Positions 44,091-53,216 of a stretch of DNA of 64,000 bases are shown here, one piece after another. Position numbers and translations under genes: made by a program. This DNA is from an uncultured Ruminococcus sp. (GTDB taxonomy: Bacteria > Bacillota > Clostridia > Oscillospirales > CAG-272): assembly GCA_902795355.1 (NCBI GenBank), contig CADBKZ010000004.1, positions 65,029 to 129,028 on the forward strand, in the 5' to 3' direction. Numbering within the stretch: position 1 is the first letter of the stretch; each line of letters starts with the position of its first letter. Under the pieces are notes generated by a model that worked only from the letters and a program-made list of their open reading frames with translations, did not search any database and was not told where the DNA came from.

Positions 44091-46145
44091 TCAGATCACC
44101 TCTATAATATTGTGGATGTTCACCCGATCGATGCTGCAATAGATTCTCCCGTTCTTGTATTCAAAATCAATACGTTTATTTTCCGGTTGAAGCAGGAGTT
44201 TTTCCGGCGGGGCGTCGGCTTGAATGGAGAGCGAAATATCCAATACCGGCGGTATGGAGTCCTCGGAAATACATCCGACGTCCGAATGCCCCCCGTTTGC
44301 GTTGATCAGCTGGATCATAAGACGGCCGTTCTTTTCCAAACACACCAGCTCCAATTTTCCGCAGGCCGATTCTATTTTTGCCAGCGGCGAATAAAGATCC
44401 GACGTGATTTGTTGGATCAATCTGCAATGCTGATATTGCCTTCCGATGAAATATTGAATCCCGAGGTCGATGCTGATTACCGCAATTTTCCCTTTTCCGA
44501 ATCCAAAGCTCACGGCAAAGGGAACTCCTTCGGAGCGCAATGAATGGTGCAGCTCGCCGTATACCTTGGCGTTTTTGCTCCCCGCGGTTACTTTGCATGC
44601 GTCCGTTGTTACGCCGAAATCATGTCCGCCAAGCGAGAAATAGCAGGAACGATTCAGAACTTCGGGGCCGAGATCATGCCCGATGGAACGAGACGCCCAA
44701 TTCGGAATTTCCATTTGTTCGCTGTATTTTTCAACTTCAAACCCAAACCCCTTTTCCGCAAAAAGACGGCTTGTTTTCGTCCCGATAATCAGCAGGCTCC
44801 CGCCGTTCAAGGCATATTGTTTCAAGTCGCCAACGGTTTCCTCGTCCAGCCCATAGTAAAGCTCGGGAACAATGATCAAAGGGTACTGATGGTAGTGGTC
44901 TTTTAACGTATACTCTCCAACCAATTCCAGCGATTGCCCCGCGTCGCAGAAAAGCCCTGTCAGCCCAATGAATTTGCTCTTTCCTTTTCTGTCGAAGGGC
45001 ATGTGCAATTCATGATACCTGTCGTAGCTTGAAACGAGCATGGCGGCCTGGTGAATCTGTTTTCCTTGGAAGCAGTATGGCTCTCTTTCGCGCATGAATT
45101 TGGCAAGAGGAACGAGGTTTTTGATTTGTTCCAGATTATGTGTGGCGTCCGGAAATTGCGAAATGTTGTCCTGAAATGCTCCGCCGAGAGCGATTACCGA
45201 CGCCGCTTCCTGCATGATTTGAACAGGGTGTTTTGGGGGAATCAAAAGCGAATCATATACGTGATACCTGAAGTTCCAAGACATCAGATCCCATGGCATA
45301 TTCTGTTGGGCAATCATTCTTCCGGCGTATCTTGCGGAATTGACGGCGTTGATGGGGGATAAATCTCCAGACAGAAAGTCGACATTGGCACATACTTTTT
45401 CCGGCATGTGATCGGAAAACGCCCAATTGGAGCAGATTTGAAGTTCGGGGTGTTTTTGGTGCAGAATATCCGTATAATGCCGCAAGGACTTTCTGAACCG
45501 CTCTCTTGTAAACTCCAAATATTCATAGTAGTACGGGTCGCCGAAATTCTTCGGGGCTTTTCCGCCAAGATCGATCCCTGTTTGCAATTCAAATTCCGAT
45601 AGCGTTTCGGGGCGGTAATCCAATTTTACAGACCAGCAGTCGCCGTCAATCCATACGCCGTCAATGTTGTAGTTCTCCGCAAGCTCCGATATTTGCGGAA
45701 TAAAATATTCATCGTAGTATTTGCTGAAAGGCAGAACGGCCGATTCATAGTTTCCGTCGGCGTTCAGCACCGCGTCCTCGGGATGCTCCCGACAGTATTT
45801 TTCATCGTAAACGCCCGAAAAATGGCAATAAAGACCAATGCCGTATTCTTTGGTAACTTTTCTCCAGAGCATTAACGGGTCGGCCTTGAAAGAAGGCATA
45901 GCGTTGGACATTTTTGTTGGGTAGGAAGCCCACCCGAAGTGGCCTTTACAATCGATCTGTACGAAATCGGGCTTCAAACATTCGCATATTTCCCGAATGT
46001 CGCTTTCCTTCAGGGTTGCGCCAATTACAAGCCCCTCTTTGGGGATGGCGTGAAAATCGCTGTGTATGCCGAAAAAGCAGTCTTTTCGCCTTTTGATCTG
46101 CGGCTCTTTCGTCAGGTTCCCGTTGCTTTCAACCGAAATATTCAT
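44091..46145 (-). CDS. Putative cytoplasmic glycoside hydrolase-like protein (TIM-barrel N-domain, GH42-type trimerisation-like middle domain)
   Basis: 684 aa with no signal peptide. FGIHSDFHA, DCKGHFGW and GVWIDGDCW resemble hypothetical GH-like TIM barrels. YPLIIVPELYYGLDEETVGDLKQYALNGGSLLIIG resembles a GATase1-like trimerisation domain. Codon usage and GC are clearly lower than in neighbouring genes. Confidence 0.45.
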   Translation of the reverse strand: MNISVESNGNLTKEPQIKRRKDCFFGIHSDFHAIPKEGLVIGATLKESDIREICECLKPDFVQIDCKGHFGWASYPTKMSNAMPSFKADPLMLWRKVTKEYGIGLYCHFSGVYDEKYCREHPEDAVLNADGNYESAVLPFSKYYDEYFIPQISELAENYNIDGVWIDGDCWSVKLDYRPETLSEFELQTGIDLGGKAPKNFGDPYYYEYLEFTRERFRKSLRHYTDILHQKHPELQICSNWAFSDHMPEKVCANVDFLSGDLSPINAVNSARYAGRMIAQQNMPWDLMSWNFRYHVYDSLLIPPKHPVQIMQEAASVIALGGAFQDNISQFPDATHNLEQIKNLVPLAKFMREREPYCFQGKQIHQAAMLVSSYDRYHELHMPFDRKGKSKFIGLTGLFCDAGQSLELVGEYTLKDHYHQYPLIIVPELYYGLDEETVGDLKQYALNGGSLLIIGTKTSRLFAEKGFGFEVEKYSEQMEIPNWASRSIGHDLGPEVLNRSCYFSLGGHDFGVTTDACKVTAGSKNAKVYGELHHSLRSEGVPFAVSFGFGKGKIAVISIDLGIQYFIGRQYQHCRLIQQITSDLYSPLAKIESACGKLELVCLEKNGRLMIQLINANGGHSDVGCISEDSIPPVLDISLSIQADAPPEKLLLQPENKRIDFEYKNGRIYCSIDRVNIHNIIEVI

Positions 46146-46175
46146 GGTGACGTTCCTTTCCGATATCTTGGGGTT

Positions 46176-46198
46176 TCATAATACGGAAATCGTATTAT
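46176..46198 (-). promoter_or_regulatory. Perfect 9-bp inverted repeat at the predicted transcription start of the GH-like gene
   Basis: CATAATACG-N5-CGTATTATG lies between the -10 box (46207-46212) and the RBS. Confidence 0.35.
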
Positions 46199-46206
46199 GT
46201 ACCCCT

Positions 46207-46235
46207 ATTATAATGGATGAACGCCCCCGTGTCAA
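46207..46235 (-). promoter_or_regulatory. Consensus sigma-A promoter of the GH-like gene
   Basis: The minus strand reads TTGACA-N17-TATAAT. Confidence 0.55.
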
Positions 46236-46324
46236 TGTCCGATTCGACTTTTTTGTGGTTGAACCGATTTTTTTGCGGATGGAAATTTCCAAATCTGCCG
46301 AAAGTTCTTTCGGGAGAAGAAAGA

Positions 46325-46372
46325 GGGGAGCGGGGAAACCGTTTCTTTCCGGAAATGGTTTCCCCGCTCCCC
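46325..46372 (-). terminator. spo0A terminator hairpin
   Basis: GGGGAGCGGGGAAACC ... GGTTTCCCCGCTCCCC (16-bp stem). On the minus strand a T-rich TCTTTCTTCTC follows. It begins 12 nt after the spo0A stop. Confidence 0.6.
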
Positions 46373-46383
46373 AAGGTCTGTTT

Positions 46384-47163
46384 TCAATACATTTTGTATT
46401 TCAATCGCAAATTATCGGCGATCATGGCGATGAACTCGCTGTTGGTCGGCTTGCCGCGGTTGTTTTGGATGGTGTAGCCGAAATAGGAATTGAGCGTATC
46501 CACGTCGCCGCGGTCCCATGCCACCTCTATGGCGTGGCGGATGGCGCGCTCCACGCGGCTGGTTGTGGTGGAATATTTCTTGGCCACCGAGGGGTAGAGA
46601 ACCTTTGTTACCGAATTGATAATGTCGTTGTCCTGCACCGTCAGCAGAATGGCAGTGCGCAGGTATTGGTAGCCCTTGATGTGCGCGGGAACGCCGATTT
46701 GATGGATGATCTGCGTGACCTGCGATTCAATGTCCGGCGTTTTCTCCATGGCTCCGGCGGTTCGCGCCGCGTCGCTCTGGCGTTGCGCCAGCAGGCTTTC
46801 AATGTGGTTGCACAGGCTCGACATGCTAACGGGCTTGGGCAGGCAAATGTCCGCGCCCGCCTCGCTCGCGCGAATGAAGAGGCTCTGGTTTGTGACCGAC
46901 GAAACGACAATAAAGATCGGTTTCGCCTCGTTCTTTTTGTCCTCTGCGTGGCAGGCGCGCAAAAGGCCGATGCCGTCCAGCTTGGAAAGCCATACGTCAA
47001 GTATCACCACCGAGGGCCGCGCCCGCTCGATTACGGAGAGCGCGTCCTCGCCGTTCGTCACCTCTTCCACATTCCGGTATCCCGCCCGCAGCAGCCCGTC
47101 GCGCAGTTGCGAACGGCTTGCGGAGCTTTCGTCGGCAATCAAAATTTTCGTGGTATATTCCAT
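46384..47163 (-). CDS. spo0A: Sporulation master regulator Spo0A
   Basis: Receiver domain ([22 protein letters not shown]). Diagnostic C-domain [20 protein letters not shown] and [18 protein letters not shown] at 47163 follows CAGGAGGA. Confidence 0.95.
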   Translation of the reverse strand: MEYTTKILIADESSASRSQLRDGLLRAGYRNVEEVTNGEDALSVIERARPSVVILDVWLSKLDGIGLLRACHAEDKKNEAKPIFIVVSSVTNQSLFIRASEAGADICLPKPVSMSSLCNHIESLLAQRQSDAARTAGAMEKTPDIESQVTQIIHQIGVPAHIKGYQYLRTAILLTVQDNDIINSVTKVLYPSVAKKYSTTTSRVERAIRHAIEVAWDRGDVDTLNSYFGYTIQNNRGKPTNSEFIAMIADNLRLKYKMY

Positions 47164-47206
47164 GGTAAAATCCTCCTGTATTTTGCTTGATTTCCTTGAC
47201 AGGAAT

Positions 47207-47235
47207 ATTTTACCATATTTTGGAAAATTTTGCAA
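47207..47235 (-). promoter_or_regulatory. Sigma-A-type promoter upstream of spo0A
   Basis: The minus strand reads TTGCAA-N17-TAAAAT with TGg extended -10. Confidence 0.5.
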
Positions 47236-47312
47236 GTCCTTTTTGCTCGAAATGTTTACCAAAAATGTAGTCTGAAAAATGGTAAATTTTTACAAATTTG
47301 GGCGGAAACGGA

Positions 47313-47705
47313 TTATTTCGGGGAATGTTTGCAGGGTTCGTAGAAAAAACCTGTCAAATCCACTTCCAATCTGCCCGCGGAATTTCGGGAAAAACCGATG
47401 GCTTTGACGAGCGTTTCGTTGTCGCAAGCCGCGTCGAAAAACGCGCGATGCACGCCGCAGAGGTCGATAAAGTTGAGAGCGGCGCGCCCGAGGATGAAAA
47501 AGGTCTGAAAATCGTATTTTTCGGGGACCCACGCAAAATCGGTAATCCGACCGCCCGCGGCGTCCATGGTGAATTGGCAAATGCCGCGGAAATCGCCGTC
47601 CACGGCGGCGCGGTAGGCGAGCGTTTCGGGGCGGTAGGGGACCCCGCAGAGCGCGCACAGGCGTTCCTGCTCGGATTTTTCCTGAATGGGCAGCACTTCT
47701 AACAT
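47313..47705 (-). CDS. Hypothetical 130-aa protein
   Basis: ATG at 47705 (MLEVLPIQEK) overlaps the upstream pseudouridine synthase stop by 7 nt. Composition looks coding. No family recognised. Confidence 0.5.
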   Translation of the reverse strand: MLEVLPIQEKSEQERLCALCGVPYRPETLAYRAAVDGDFRGICQFTMDAAGGRITDFAWVPEKYDFQTFFILGRAALNFIDLCGVHRAFFDAACDNETLVKAIGFSRNSAGRLEVDLTGFFYEPCKHSPK

Positions 47706-48442
47706 GTTGGTTTCTCGCTTTCCGAATGTAATTTCCCGCCCGAACGAAGATAATCCAGCTCTTGCGGGGTCAGCTCGCGCCATGCTCCCGCACGGAGCGC
47801 GCCGAGTTTCAGTTTGCCGATGGCAACGCGGCGCAAACGGGCAACCGAAAGCCCCGCCCGCTCGCACATGCGGCGGATCTGGCGGTTGCGGCCTTCCCAA
47901 AGCGTCATTTCAAGCTTGTCCGCGCCGAGGGGACGAATGCCGACGGGGCGCAGGGAATAGTCGTCCAGCACCATGGGCGCGGAGAGGACGCGGAGCTGTT
48001 CCGCGTCGGGCGGGGTTTTCAGCGTGACCTCGTAAATTTTCGGGATCTCGTGGCTCGGGTGGGTCAGGCGGTTGGCAAAGTCGCCGTCGTCCGTCAGGAG
48101 CAGAAGCCCCTCGGAATCCATATCGAGCCGACCCACGGGGTAGAGCCGCGCGCCGTCAATGCGAACAAGGTCGGTCACGGGGGTTCGGCCTTTCTCGTCC
48201 TTTGCCGTGCAAACGATGCCGCGGGGCTTGTTGAGCAGAATATAGTGTTTCGGCGCGGCGGCCGGCAAAACGCGCCTGCCGCGGTATTCCACAACGTCGC
48301 GCTCGGGGTCGATTTTTTGCCCGAGCGAGGCGGGAACGCCGTTTACGCGGATCTCCCCCGCGGCAATCCGCGCCTCGGCGGCGCGCCGCGAGCAAAGGCC
48401 GCAATCGGCGCAATATTTCTGAATACGGATCGGATCCGGCAT
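47699..48442 (-). CDS. RsuA/RluB-family pseudouridine synthase
   Basis: S4 domain (RIQKYCADCGLCSRRAAEARIAAGEIRVNG). Catalytic YPVGRLDMDSEGLLLLTDDG. ATG at 48442 follows AAAGGGGG. Confidence 0.9.
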   Translation of the reverse strand: MPDPIRIQKYCADCGLCSRRAAEARIAAGEIRVNGVPASLGQKIDPERDVVEYRGRRVLPAAAPKHYILLNKPRGIVCTAKDEKGRTPVTDLVRIDGARLYPVGRLDMDSEGLLLLTDDGDFANRLTHPSHEIPKIYEVTLKTPPDAEQLRVLSAPMVLDDYSLRPVGIRPLGADKLEMTLWEGRNRQIRRMCERAGLSVARLRRVAIGKLKLGALRAGAWRELTPQELDYLRSGGKLHSESEKPTC

Positions 48443-48483
48443 GGCGGCCCCCTTTCTGCTGAAAACGATGTGATTAATTGCGA

Positions 48484-49659
48484 TTATTTGAAGATTTTTT
48501 CCCACAGGCGGCGGAACCAACCGGCCTTTTTCGGCGTTCCGACGTCCGATTTTGCAAGGAGCGCAACCTCGCAAACGGGAACTCCGTCCAACCGCCAGAC
48601 CACGCGGCCGACCGCGTCGCCCGCCGCAACGGGGGCGTACAGAAAGCGGGGAAGCTCCACCGAGGCGGTGATCTCCCCGTGGCCCGACGGCAGGATCAGG
48701 CGTTTCGGCTCGGCGTTTGCAACCGTGACTTCCGGTTCGGTACCGCCAACCGCGGGGACTTGCAGGGAAATGCCGTCCGCGGCGCAGAGCGGGACCGAGA
48801 CCAACGCGGCAAAGCCTTGGTCGAGCATGGTTTTGTGGTCGTTCCAATCGTTCGGCGCGTTCAGGGTAACGGCGATCAACGTAACGCCGTTGCGCTCGGC
48901 CGCCGAAACAAGGCAGCGGCCGCTCCGCTTGGTAAATCCGGTTTTCATGCCGATGGCGCCCTCGTACTGCCGCAGCAGCTTGTTGTGGTTCAGAAGCAGG
49001 CGTCGGCCCTCTTCGCCGTTGTGGGGAATGGCGGTTTTGCGCGTGGATACCATTTTGCGGATCAGGTCGTTCCCGAGCGCCGCGCGGGCAATTACGGCAA
49101 GCTCGCGGGCGGTGGTGTAGTGGTCGGGATCGTCCAGCCCGTTGGGGTTGACGAAATGCGTGTTAGTCAGACCCAGCGCGGCGGCCTTTTCGTTCATCAA
49201 CGCCGCAAACGGTTCCACACCGCCCGCAACGCCATAGGCAATGGCAACGGCCGCGTCGTTGGCCGAGGCGAGCAGAAGCGCGTAGAGCAGCTGCTCCAAC
49301 GTCAGTTGTTCGCCCTCGAACAGATAGACCGACGACCCTTCGGTTCCGACGGCCTCGCGCGGAACGGTGACGATGGTTTCGGGAGCGGCATGCTCCAACG
49401 CGACCAAAGCGGTCATAATTTTGGTGGTGCTTGCCATGGGCAGGCGATCATCGGCCGATTTTGCAAACAGGACCTCGCCGCTTTCGGCTTCCGTTAAAAC
49501 CGCGCTCTGCGCCGAAACCGACGGGAAAACGCGAACCCCCGCAAGGAGCGGGACAGGCGTTTCCGCGGCCGCGGAGCGGGCGGCGCAAACGGGCAGGAGA
49601 CCGACAAGCAGGGAAACCAGCGCGGCAACGGCCGCGAGACAAACCAACGGTCTTTTCAT
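48484..49659 (-). CDS. D-alanyl-D-alanine carboxypeptidase (S11, DacB/DacF-like)
   Basis: Signal peptide. Active-site MASTTKIMT (SxxK), SANDAA (SxN) and KTGFT (KTG). Confidence 0.9.
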   Translation of the reverse strand: MKRPLVCLAAVAALVSLLVGLLPVCAARSAAAETPVPLLAGVRVFPSVSAQSAVLTEAESGEVLFAKSADDRLPMASTTKIMTALVALEHAAPETIVTVPREAVGTEGSSVYLFEGEQLTLEQLLYALLLASANDAAVAIAYGVAGGVEPFAALMNEKAAALGLTNTHFVNPNGLDDPDHYTTARELAVIARAALGNDLIRKMVSTRKTAIPHNGEEGRRLLLNHNKLLRQYEGAIGMKTGFTKRSGRCLVSAAERNGVTLIAVTLNAPNDWNDHKTMLDQGFAALVSVPLCAADGISLQVPAVGGTEPEVTVANAEPKRLILPSGHGEITASVELPRFLYAPVAAGDAVGRVVWRLDGVPVCEVALLAKSDVGTPKKAGWFRRLWEKIFK

Positions 49660-49731
49660 AAGGAACCTCCGGAAAAACATACCTTTGATTCATGTATATT
49701 TTTCCGGAGTTCGGATTATGCGGAAAAGCGG

Positions 49732-50415
49732 TCAGTCCTCGTCGGCGTAGTCAAAGCTGGCGCGGCGGCGGGCGGCTTCCTTTTTGGCGTTTTTCAATTC
49801 GGCAAGTTCTTTCTTTCTTGCCGCTCTCTGCGCCGCTTTTTCCTCTTTTGTCGGACGTTTTTCGGGTTCTTCCTCGGGTTCTTCCGCGCTTTCGGGGGCG
49901 GCATAGCCTTCATCTTTTGCCATGTCGGTCAGCACCTGCTCGGTCAGACCGCCCTCGGCTTTTACGGCAGACCGCTCCTCTTTTTTGGCCGGAGCGGCCG
50001 CGGTTTCTTTTTTCTCTTCGGGCTTTTTGCTTTCGAACACGTCCTTGATTTTTCCGAGAATCTCGGGGGTTCGGTTGAGAATATCGGCGATTTGCTCAAT
50101 GGGGGAAGATTGCTCCTGTTTGAGCGGGAGCATCTCCACGCGGCCGTCCGGAAAAGCGGTCAAAAACCCGATGGGAACGACCGAAACGCCCGTTCCGCCG
50201 CCACCGCCGAAATTCTTTTTGCCATCCGGCTCGGCTTTGTTCGGCAGGTCGAGCCCGCCCGAGGCAAAGCCCATTGAAACCTTGGAGATGGGAATAACGG
50301 TTGCGCCGTTATCGAGTTTTACGGGTTGCCCCACGATGGTATCCGCGTCCATCACCGAGCGTACCTCTTCGAGCGCGTTGCGAATGATCTCCTTGATCGA
50401 GCTTTCGTTTTCCAT
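49732..50415 (-). CDS. ytfJ: Sporulation protein YtfJ (GerW family) with a long K/E-rich C-terminal extension
   Basis: IVGQPVKLDNGATVIPISKVSMGFASGG ... GGGGGTGVSVVPIGFL core, followed by ~90 aa of charged low-complexity sequence. Confidence 0.8.
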   Translation of the reverse strand: MENESSIKEIIRNALEEVRSVMDADTIVGQPVKLDNGATVIPISKVSMGFASGGLDLPNKAEPDGKKNFGGGGGTGVSVVPIGFLTAFPDGRVEMLPLKQEQSSPIEQIADILNRTPEILGKIKDVFESKKPEEKKETAAAPAKKEERSAVKAEGGLTEQVLTDMAKDEGYAAPESAEEPEEEPEKRPTKEEKAAQRAARKKELAELKNAKKEAARRRASFDYADED

Positions 50416-50482
50416 AATGAATGAAATCCTTTCCTGTTTTCTATGTGGGAAGCATGATTTTTGAATGGGAGAAAAGCGGCGG

Positions 50483-51214
50483 TCAGACATTTTTGGCGGC
50501 ATGCGTCCGCTTTGCGGCGCGCCGTCGCGCGCGTTTCCGCTCCGAAAAGTAGGCGCGGAGCATCCCGATGCCGATTCCGACCGCGCGGAAGAGACGAACC
50601 GAAATGCGAACGTCCACCTCGGCGGCGGATCTTGACGAAACGAAGTCCGGTTCCACCGTCATGTCGCCGTCCTCGCGGCGAACGCGGTTGAAATGATCCT
50701 CGGACCATTGCAGCAGATATGCCGCGCTCTGAACGACCACGCCGTAGAGAATGGCGGTTCCGGCGGCGTCGCCGGTTGCAACCCGCAGGTGCATTTTGCG
50801 GAAGCGGACGCCGATTTTTCCTTTGGTCAGGGTATATGCTTTTTTCAGAAGCGCGAGAATCATATCCAGATTCTCTTTCAGGTTCGGTGCGGGCGCGGCC
50901 GCTCCAGCCTTTTTTGCGGCTTTCTTCTGCTCTTGCTTCAGCCGTTTCTGTTCCGCTTTGGCGGCGGCTTTTCGCCGTCGTTTTTCCTCGCGGCGCAACA
51001 GGCGGTCGGGGTTGCGGCATTGCGAAACGTCCCGCAGGTTTTCCCGCGGCTTGGGGCGGGGAAGCAAACGCTTGCGGATTCCGAGAACCGAAACCGCAAC
51101 CGTAACCTCGCCGTCAATCGAGAGGCGGACGCTTGCCGAACCGAGAAACAGGACGAGAAGCAGGAGCGCGAGAACGCCGCCGACCACCGAAAGCGCGATC
51201 AGCCATCCGTACAT
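50483..51214 (-). CDS. DUF2953-like sporulation-associated membrane protein
   Basis: N-terminal TM. Usual partner of ytfJ. Internal R/K/E/A-rich insert. Confidence 0.65.
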   Translation of the reverse strand: MYGWLIALSVVGGVLALLLLVLFLGSASVRLSIDGEVTVAVSVLGIRKRLLPRPKPRENLRDVSQCRNPDRLLRREEKRRRKAAAKAEQKRLKQEQKKAAKKAGAAAPAPNLKENLDMILALLKKAYTLTKGKIGVRFRKMHLRVATGDAAGTAILYGVVVQSAAYLLQWSEDHFNRVRREDGDMTVEPDFVSSRSAAEVDVRISVRLFRAVGIGIGMLRAYFSERKRARRRAAKRTHAAKNV

Positions 51215-51237
51215 ATCCGGTCTCCTTTTTGGGGAAA

Positions 51238-52056
51238 TTATTCTGGCTCTTCTTCGGGCGGAAGCTCCGCGGCAATTTTCTCGGAGCCGTCGGATTCGGG
51301 CTCTTCCTCGGCGGCGGTTTCCGCTTCCGCGGGGAGCGGTTCCGCTCCGTTTTCAAAAATAACGTCGGTTTCTTCCGCGTCTATGGCCTCGGCGTATTCC
51401 TTCGGCTCCACGGGGGCTTCTTCCTCGGTTTTTTCCGCGCTTTCGGCGTTTTCGCCGATCTCGGCGTTCATGTTCAGCTGTTCCGCTTGCGCGGCGACGC
51501 TGAGCGCCTCGGTGGCGGGAAGCTCGTCGAGCGAGTTGATGCCGAATACGCGCAGAAATTTATCGGTGGTAACGTAGAGCATGGGGCGCCCTGGGGCGTC
51601 GAGCCGCCCCGCCGCCTCGATCAACCCCTTATCCAACAGGGAGTTGACGGCATAGGAACTGTCCACCCCGCGGACTAGATCGACGAACGACCGCGTGACC
51701 GGTTGGTTATAGGCAACCACGGCGAGCACTTCCATGGACGACGCCGAAAGGTTTCCGCCGCGGCGGATCCCGAGGGCTTCGCGGATGTAGGGCGCGTATT
51801 TTTCCTTGGTTGCGAGCTGGCAGGTGGAAGGATAGACCAGCAGCTGAATCCCGTGGTAGGTTTCATCCTCGCCGAATTTCTTTTGCAGATCGCGGACCAT
51901 GGTTTTCACGTCCTTTACCCCAACGCCGAGGACTTCCGCCAATTTATCGAACCGGACGGGGTATCCTGCCGCGTAGAGAATGGCCTCGATTGCCTGCTCC
52001 ACCTCTTTCGCGCTGCCGAGCGGTTCCAGAACGGGTTGTTGTTTCTTTTCTTCCAT
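51238..52056 (-). CDS. scpB: Segregation and condensation protein B
   Basis: AIEAILYAAG.PV, LSASSMEVLAVVAYNQPVTRSFVDLVRGVDS, GRPMLYVTTDKFL. Acidic ~85-aa tail. Confidence 0.9.
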   Translation of the reverse strand: MEEKKQQPVLEPLGSAKEVEQAIEAILYAAGYPVRFDKLAEVLGVGVKDVKTMVRDLQKKFGEDETYHGIQLLVYPSTCQLATKEKYAPYIREALGIRRGGNLSASSMEVLAVVAYNQPVTRSFVDLVRGVDSSYAVNSLLDKGLIEAAGRLDAPGRPMLYVTTDKFLRVFGINSLDELPATEALSVAAQAEQLNMNAEIGENAESAEKTEEEAPVEPKEYAEAIDAEETDVIFENGAEPLPAEAETAAEEEPESDGSEKIAAELPPEEEPE

Positions 52057-52078
52057 TATTTGTTATGATCCTTTGCTT

Positions 52079-53194
52079 TCAGTCTGTTTCGTCGGTATTT
52101 TTCGGGAAAGATTGCGCTTGCTTTGCCATGTGGGAGACGATCTCGTTCATATCGAGGCCGATGTCGTCCAACAGATCCTCGTCCTGCGCGGAGAGCTGAT
52201 CTTCCAGCATTGCGGCAACGCGCTCCTCGGCTTCCAGATCGCTGTCGTCGGCGGGAACGGCGTTTGCGTCCGGTTGCCCTTCGGCGGCCAGCCGCGAGCG
52301 TTCTTCGGCGCGCGCGCGCTTTTGCTCGGCGAGTTTCTGCTCGCGCAGGATCCTGCGCTGTTCGCGGTGCATTTCGGCTTTGGAAGAGAGCGGGATGGGC
52401 TCGTTGCTGTCGGGCAGGATCCGTTTCGGTTCCACGCCCGCTTCGGGCGGCGGCTCGTCGTTGATGATAAAGACCGTGTCCGCGCCGTGGATGGAGTCGT
52501 CCGCGAACGCGTCCTGCTCGATTTTAATCTTTCGGACTTTCATCAGTTCCAGAATCCCGAGGAAAATGGCGATCAGGTCTGGCAGGGATGTTGCGTCCGA
52601 AAGCAATTCCTTCATGGACGTTGCAACGCCTTTTTTCTTTTTCTCCATGCGGTGAAGGATTCCGACAATCTTGATGTCAACGGGGATGATCGGTTTGGCG
52701 ATCATGGGGGCGAACACCGCTTTTTCCACTTTCGGGCGGCTCTCGTTTGCCGCGATGATGCGGCGAACGGCAAGGCAAAGGCTTGTAACCTGCTGGTCGG
52801 CGACATAGGAAGTGTCCACGGTGATCTCATCGGTATCCTTCACCATGCGGCCGCTGTAAATCTTGTATAGCTCCGCCATTTTCACAGCCGCCTGTTTGGC
52901 TTGCTGGTAGCGGCGGAGCGCGTCGGCAAGGTCGGCGCGCGGGTCGTCCTCGTCCTCGGGAGCGCGCGGCAGGAGCATGCGGCTTTTAATGAGCATCAGC
53001 TCGCTCGCCATAACGATGAACTCGCCGGCGATCTCCATGTCCATGCTCTGCGCCTCGCGCAGGTATTCGAGATACTGATCGCAAATGATGGAGATCGGAA
53101 TGTCCTCGATATTCACTTTGTTTTTCTGGATCAGCGTCAAGAGCAGGTCGAGCGGGCCTTCAAACTGATCCAAGCGGTAGGTGAGTGCTTCCAT
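52079..53194 (-). CDS. scpA: Segregation and condensation protein A
   Basis: LDQFEGPLDLLLTLIQKNKVNIEDIPIS. ATG at 53194. About 120-aa charged C-terminal extension. Confidence 0.9.
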   Translation of the reverse strand: MEALTYRLDQFEGPLDLLLTLIQKNKVNIEDIPISIICDQYLEYLREAQSMDMEIAGEFIVMASELMLIKSRMLLPRAPEDEDDPRADLADALRRYQQAKQAAVKMAELYKIYSGRMVKDTDEITVDTSYVADQQVTSLCLAVRRIIAANESRPKVEKAVFAPMIAKPIIPVDIKIVGILHRMEKKKKGVATSMKELLSDATSLPDLIAIFLGILELMKVRKIKIEQDAFADDSIHGADTVFIINDEPPPEAGVEPKRILPDSNEPIPLSSKAEMHREQRRILREQKLAEQKRARAEERSRLAAEGQPDANAVPADDSDLEAEERVAAMLEDQLSAQDEDLLDDIGLDMNEIVSHMAKQAQSFPKNTDETD

Positions 53195-53216
53195 GCGGAC
53201 TCCTTCGGAGATGATT

